Both the position numbers and the translations under genes were made by a program. 64,000 bases of DNA from an uncultured Arcobacter sp. (GTDB lineage: Bacteria > Campylobacterota > Campylobacteria > Campylobacterales > Arcobacteraceae). Positions 61,555 to 64,000 of this stretch are shown in pieces. Every line of letters starts with the position of its first letter. The first letter of the stretch is position 1. The notes under the pieces were generated by a model, which saw only the letters and a program-made list of their open reading frames with translations, was not told the origin of the DNA and ran no database searches. The stretch covers positions 320,001 to 384,000 of the forward strand of contig OZ223302.1 of assembly GCA_965140705.1 (NCBI GenBank), read 5' to 3'.

Positions 61555-62808
61555 CTACCATTTAGTATTGGTTAAATCACATTGAATCATTTCTCCCCTA
61601 TGTGCAGGAGTTCCTGGTTTTTCAGCTGATTCACAAAGTAAAGTAGTCCCGTAGTCATTTCTTTTATCATGGGCATTAGTTCTCGCCCAAACAGATACAA
61701 GGGCTCTTTCTTCTGGTTTTGCTTCACATTTTCCATCTACTTCAAAAGCATGAATTGTATTTTCATGAAGATAAAGAAGTGAGTTATTTAAAGCACTTCC
61801 TGAGACCCACATATCAGGCTCATTTTTTGCTCCTGCATCAAATTGAACTCTTCTAAACTTTTTATTTACTTCTACTGTTCTTAATAAAGGATTATCTGCT
61901 CTTATTGCAAAACTTTTAAATTGTTTTACACAAGCAGGCATTCTCATATTATAATAAATTTCAGGCATTGCATGATTGTGATAAGGGTATAAAGAGTCTA
62001 CTACTTGAACTGTCATACCAACTTCAGCTCCAACTTTTTGCCCATTAATTTCATCAATTCTTAATAAACCCCAATGTCCTAATATTTCAGCATAAGCATA
62101 TCCTCCACGAATAATAAGAAAGTTTTTTTCATTTCTTTTACTCTCCTCTGCATACATTGGGAACCAACCTGCTGCAGCCCAAAGATTAGGTAAAGAGTTT
62201 GCACTTACATCATAAGGAAAAGTTTTTGGCATATGAATCTCATCACCTGTTACCATTTTATAAAAGTTTTTAGTAAACTCTTTTCCTCTTTTTCTTACAT
62301 CTTTATTTTTAACTTTTTTGTCAAAGAACTCTTCAAAAGTCATACGATTTGCCCATTTAGCAACAGGAGATTTTTCTTGAAGTTCTCCACCTGGGTTATA
62401 AATCCAATTTACATCTCTTCTTGCAGAGAAACAAACTTTTGCTTTTTCTTTATTAAATAAGATTTGATAGATATTTTTTACCATATTCTTCATATCTCTT
62501 CTATCCATAATACACATTTTATTATCTTTTTTTGTTGTATCATAAATAGCTTCATCTGAATTCATACAGTGATTTAAATCTCCATTAGTTAAAGCTAAAG
62601 CATAAGCTTTTAGATAAACTAAGGTTTCATCCCAAAGAATATCTACATATTTTTGATCTTTTTTATTATATTTTACAGGTTTAGATAAACACTTAAACTC
62701 TGCATTTAAGATATCATTTTTATCCAAATAATTTGGGATTTCCAGTCCTGCACCATATAACAAATTTGTTAAAATTAATATAACTCCAAGTTTTTTAAAA
62801 ATAAACAT
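61555..62808 (-). CDS. dddY: Periplasmic dimethylsulfoniopropionate lyase DddY
   Basis: Signal peptide from ATG 62808 (417 aa); Cys-rich; cupin motif YPYHNHAMPEIYY with the H-x3-E-x-Y spacing of DddY; second cupin His in NTIHAF; adjacent cytochromes. Confidence 0.85.
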   Translation of the reverse strand: MFIFKKLGVILILTNLLYGAGLEIPNYLDKNDILNAEFKCLSKPVKYNKKDQKYVDILWDETLVYLKAYALALTNGDLNHCMNSDEAIYDTTKKDNKMCIMDRRDMKNMVKNIYQILFNKEKAKVCFSARRDVNWIYNPGGELQEKSPVAKWANRMTFEEFFDKKVKNKDVRKRGKEFTKNFYKMVTGDEIHMPKTFPYDVSANSLPNLWAAAGWFPMYAEESKRNEKNFLIIRGGYAYAEILGHWGLLRIDEINGQKVGAEVGMTVQVVDSLYPYHNHAMPEIYYNMRMPACVKQFKSFAIRADNPLLRTVEVNKKFRRVQFDAGAKNEPDMWVSGSALNNSLLYLHENTIHAFEVDGKCEAKPEERALVSVWARTNAHDKRNDYGTTLLCESAEKPGTPAHRGEMIQCDLTNTKW

Positions 62809-62869
62809 ACCATTACCTTTTTTTCCAATAATAAAATCTTTTACAAAGCCCAAATAAACAACCTAGAAG

Positions 62870-63505
62870 TTATTTATCAGCTGTTTGTATTCCATATTTT
62901 TTATACTCTTTTTGAGTTTCAAGTTTTTTCTCTTCCATTTTATCTTTATAAATACTATGTTCTGGCTTATAATAATTTAGAACATTTCTTAAATTTTTAT
63001 GACCAGCATCAAAGTGACATGAGGCGCATGAAATTTGTTTTTCTGTTCCTTTTAATTTAGCATAATGATTATGCATTTTTTGCGCTTGTTTACTTAAAGA
63101 TACTAAATCTCTATCAAAGGCATTACCATGGCATTCTAAACATCCAGAATCATATACAAAAGTATTACGATGTTTAGTTTTTTCTTGCCAATTTATGTCA
63201 TCAGGATTTCCAAAAAAATGAATTCCAACTTCCACAACTCCATTTTTCGCTTTTGTGAAAATATAATTAGCTAAACTATCATGGGGTAAGTGACAATCTA
63301 CACATCTTGCACTAGCACCCAAGTCACCTTTTCCACCATGTGCATCTTGTTTATAAGAGATAACCATAGGATCCATTTCATGACAAGAGACACAAAATTT
63401 TTGTCCACTTGTTTTATGAATTCCATAATAAGTTCCATAAGAAAGAGATAATCCAACTAACCCACCAATAAACAATAGTGCTATTATAAATAATGTAGGT
63501 CTCAT
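62870..63505 (-). CDS. NapC/NirT-family membrane tetraheme cytochrome c (quinol dehydrogenase)
   Basis: N-terminal TM helix; CVSCH.M, CVDCHLP, CLECH, CASCH...GH. Confidence 0.92.
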   Translation of the reverse strand: MRPTLFIIALLFIGGLVGLSLSYGTYYGIHKTSGQKFCVSCHEMDPMVISYKQDAHGGKGDLGASARCVDCHLPHDSLANYIFTKAKNGVVEVGIHFFGNPDDINWQEKTKHRNTFVYDSGCLECHGNAFDRDLVSLSKQAQKMHNHYAKLKGTEKQISCASCHFDAGHKNLRNVLNYYKPEHSIYKDKMEEKKLETQKEYKKYGIQTADK

Positions 63506-63963
63506 GGTGTCTCCTTCATCCAGATTTTATTTTCAATCTCTTTTTGATGACATTCTGCACACATATTTGTAGAAGGTTTATGTTCATTATGGCACTCATC
63601 ACAATATAAATTTGGTCCATCATGAACCGAATTGTGAGGGTTTGCTTTATGAACATCCATAAAAGACAATCTTTGAGCCAAATAAACTTTTGTTTTATGA
63701 CATGATAAACAGGTTTTTTCTTCTACTGCTTCAAAGTGTTCAGGGTCATCACCTTGATTTTTATGACAAAAAACACACTCTAAAGACAAACTTTCATGCA
63801 CTTCTTTTAAAGGATATTTTGCTTTTTGTTCAGGTGTTACACTTACTATATTTTCTTCACTTTGAGGAAAAGGCAAAAGCTTTTCCTCTTTTTCATTGGC
63901 AAATAAAAATAATGATAGAAGTAAAATAGTAATGCCACCCATTACTTTTACTATATTTTTCAT
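63502..63963 (-). CDS. Periplasmic tetraheme cytochrome c (flavocytochrome c heme-subunit type)
   Basis: Signal peptide; CVFCH, CLSCH, NPH.S.H, CDECH, CAECH. Confidence 0.9.
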   Translation of the reverse strand: MKNIVKVMGGITILLLSLFLFANEKEEKLLPFPQSEENIVSVTPEQKAKYPLKEVHESLSLECVFCHKNQGDDPEHFEAVEEKTCLSCHKTKVYLAQRLSFMDVHKANPHNSVHDGPNLYCDECHNEHKPSTNMCAECHQKEIENKIWMKETP

Positions 63964-63965
63964 AA

Positions 63966-64000
63966 TTATATATTTTCTCCTGCTACCATACCAAATACTA
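63966..64000 (-). CDS. 3' end of a probable flavocytochrome c flavin subunit (truncated by window)
   Basis: Reads ...VFGMVAGENI*, matching the VFG..AG C-terminal motif of the fumarate reductase/flavocytochrome c family; only 10 codons visible. Confidence 0.5.
   Translation of the reverse strand, partial: VFGMVAGENI

Noticed and set aside
160..63929. Numerous 60-150 aa ORFs antisense to or nested in long genes (e.g. 4214-4597, 26828-27274, 34305-34688, 63690-63929)
   Set aside because: Typical reverse-frame artefacts of AT-rich coding DNA with no RBS or family motifs

Overview
AT-rich chromosomal window of a Campylobacterota (epsilonproteobacterial) bacterium. Gene content and order (ahpC/fdxA-ndk-yceD-rpmF-plsX-fabH, many HQW-type sensor kinases, dddY next to cytochromes) point to Arcobacteraceae. 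It carries housekeeping genes (recQ, ung, hemC, dnaX, murI, metNIQ, rho, pabB/pabC, pyrB, argD, pyk), a Dpp-type ABC transporter, two two-component systems and a prpB-prpC-acnD-prpF methylcitrate operon with a divergent XRE-type regulator. It also carries a SauUSI-like PLD-helicase restriction gene, a fatty acid cis-trans isomerase and, at the right edge, a periplasmic DMSP lyase (DddY) transcribed with a NapC-type cytochrome, a tetraheme cytochrome and the tail of a probable flavocytochrome c. The most unusual non-coding signals are three copies of a ~230-255 nt structured intergenic element showing compensatory base changes (10531-10785, 10862-11088, 37181-37436) and a ~140 bp ERIC-like palindrome fused to the rho stop codon. 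Also notable are an A10-TGA slippage-type site in dnaX, twin TetR operators and several apparently leaderless genes. No rRNA, tRNA, CRISPR array or transposase was seen. All protein calls rest on motif recognition by eye; no database searches were run.
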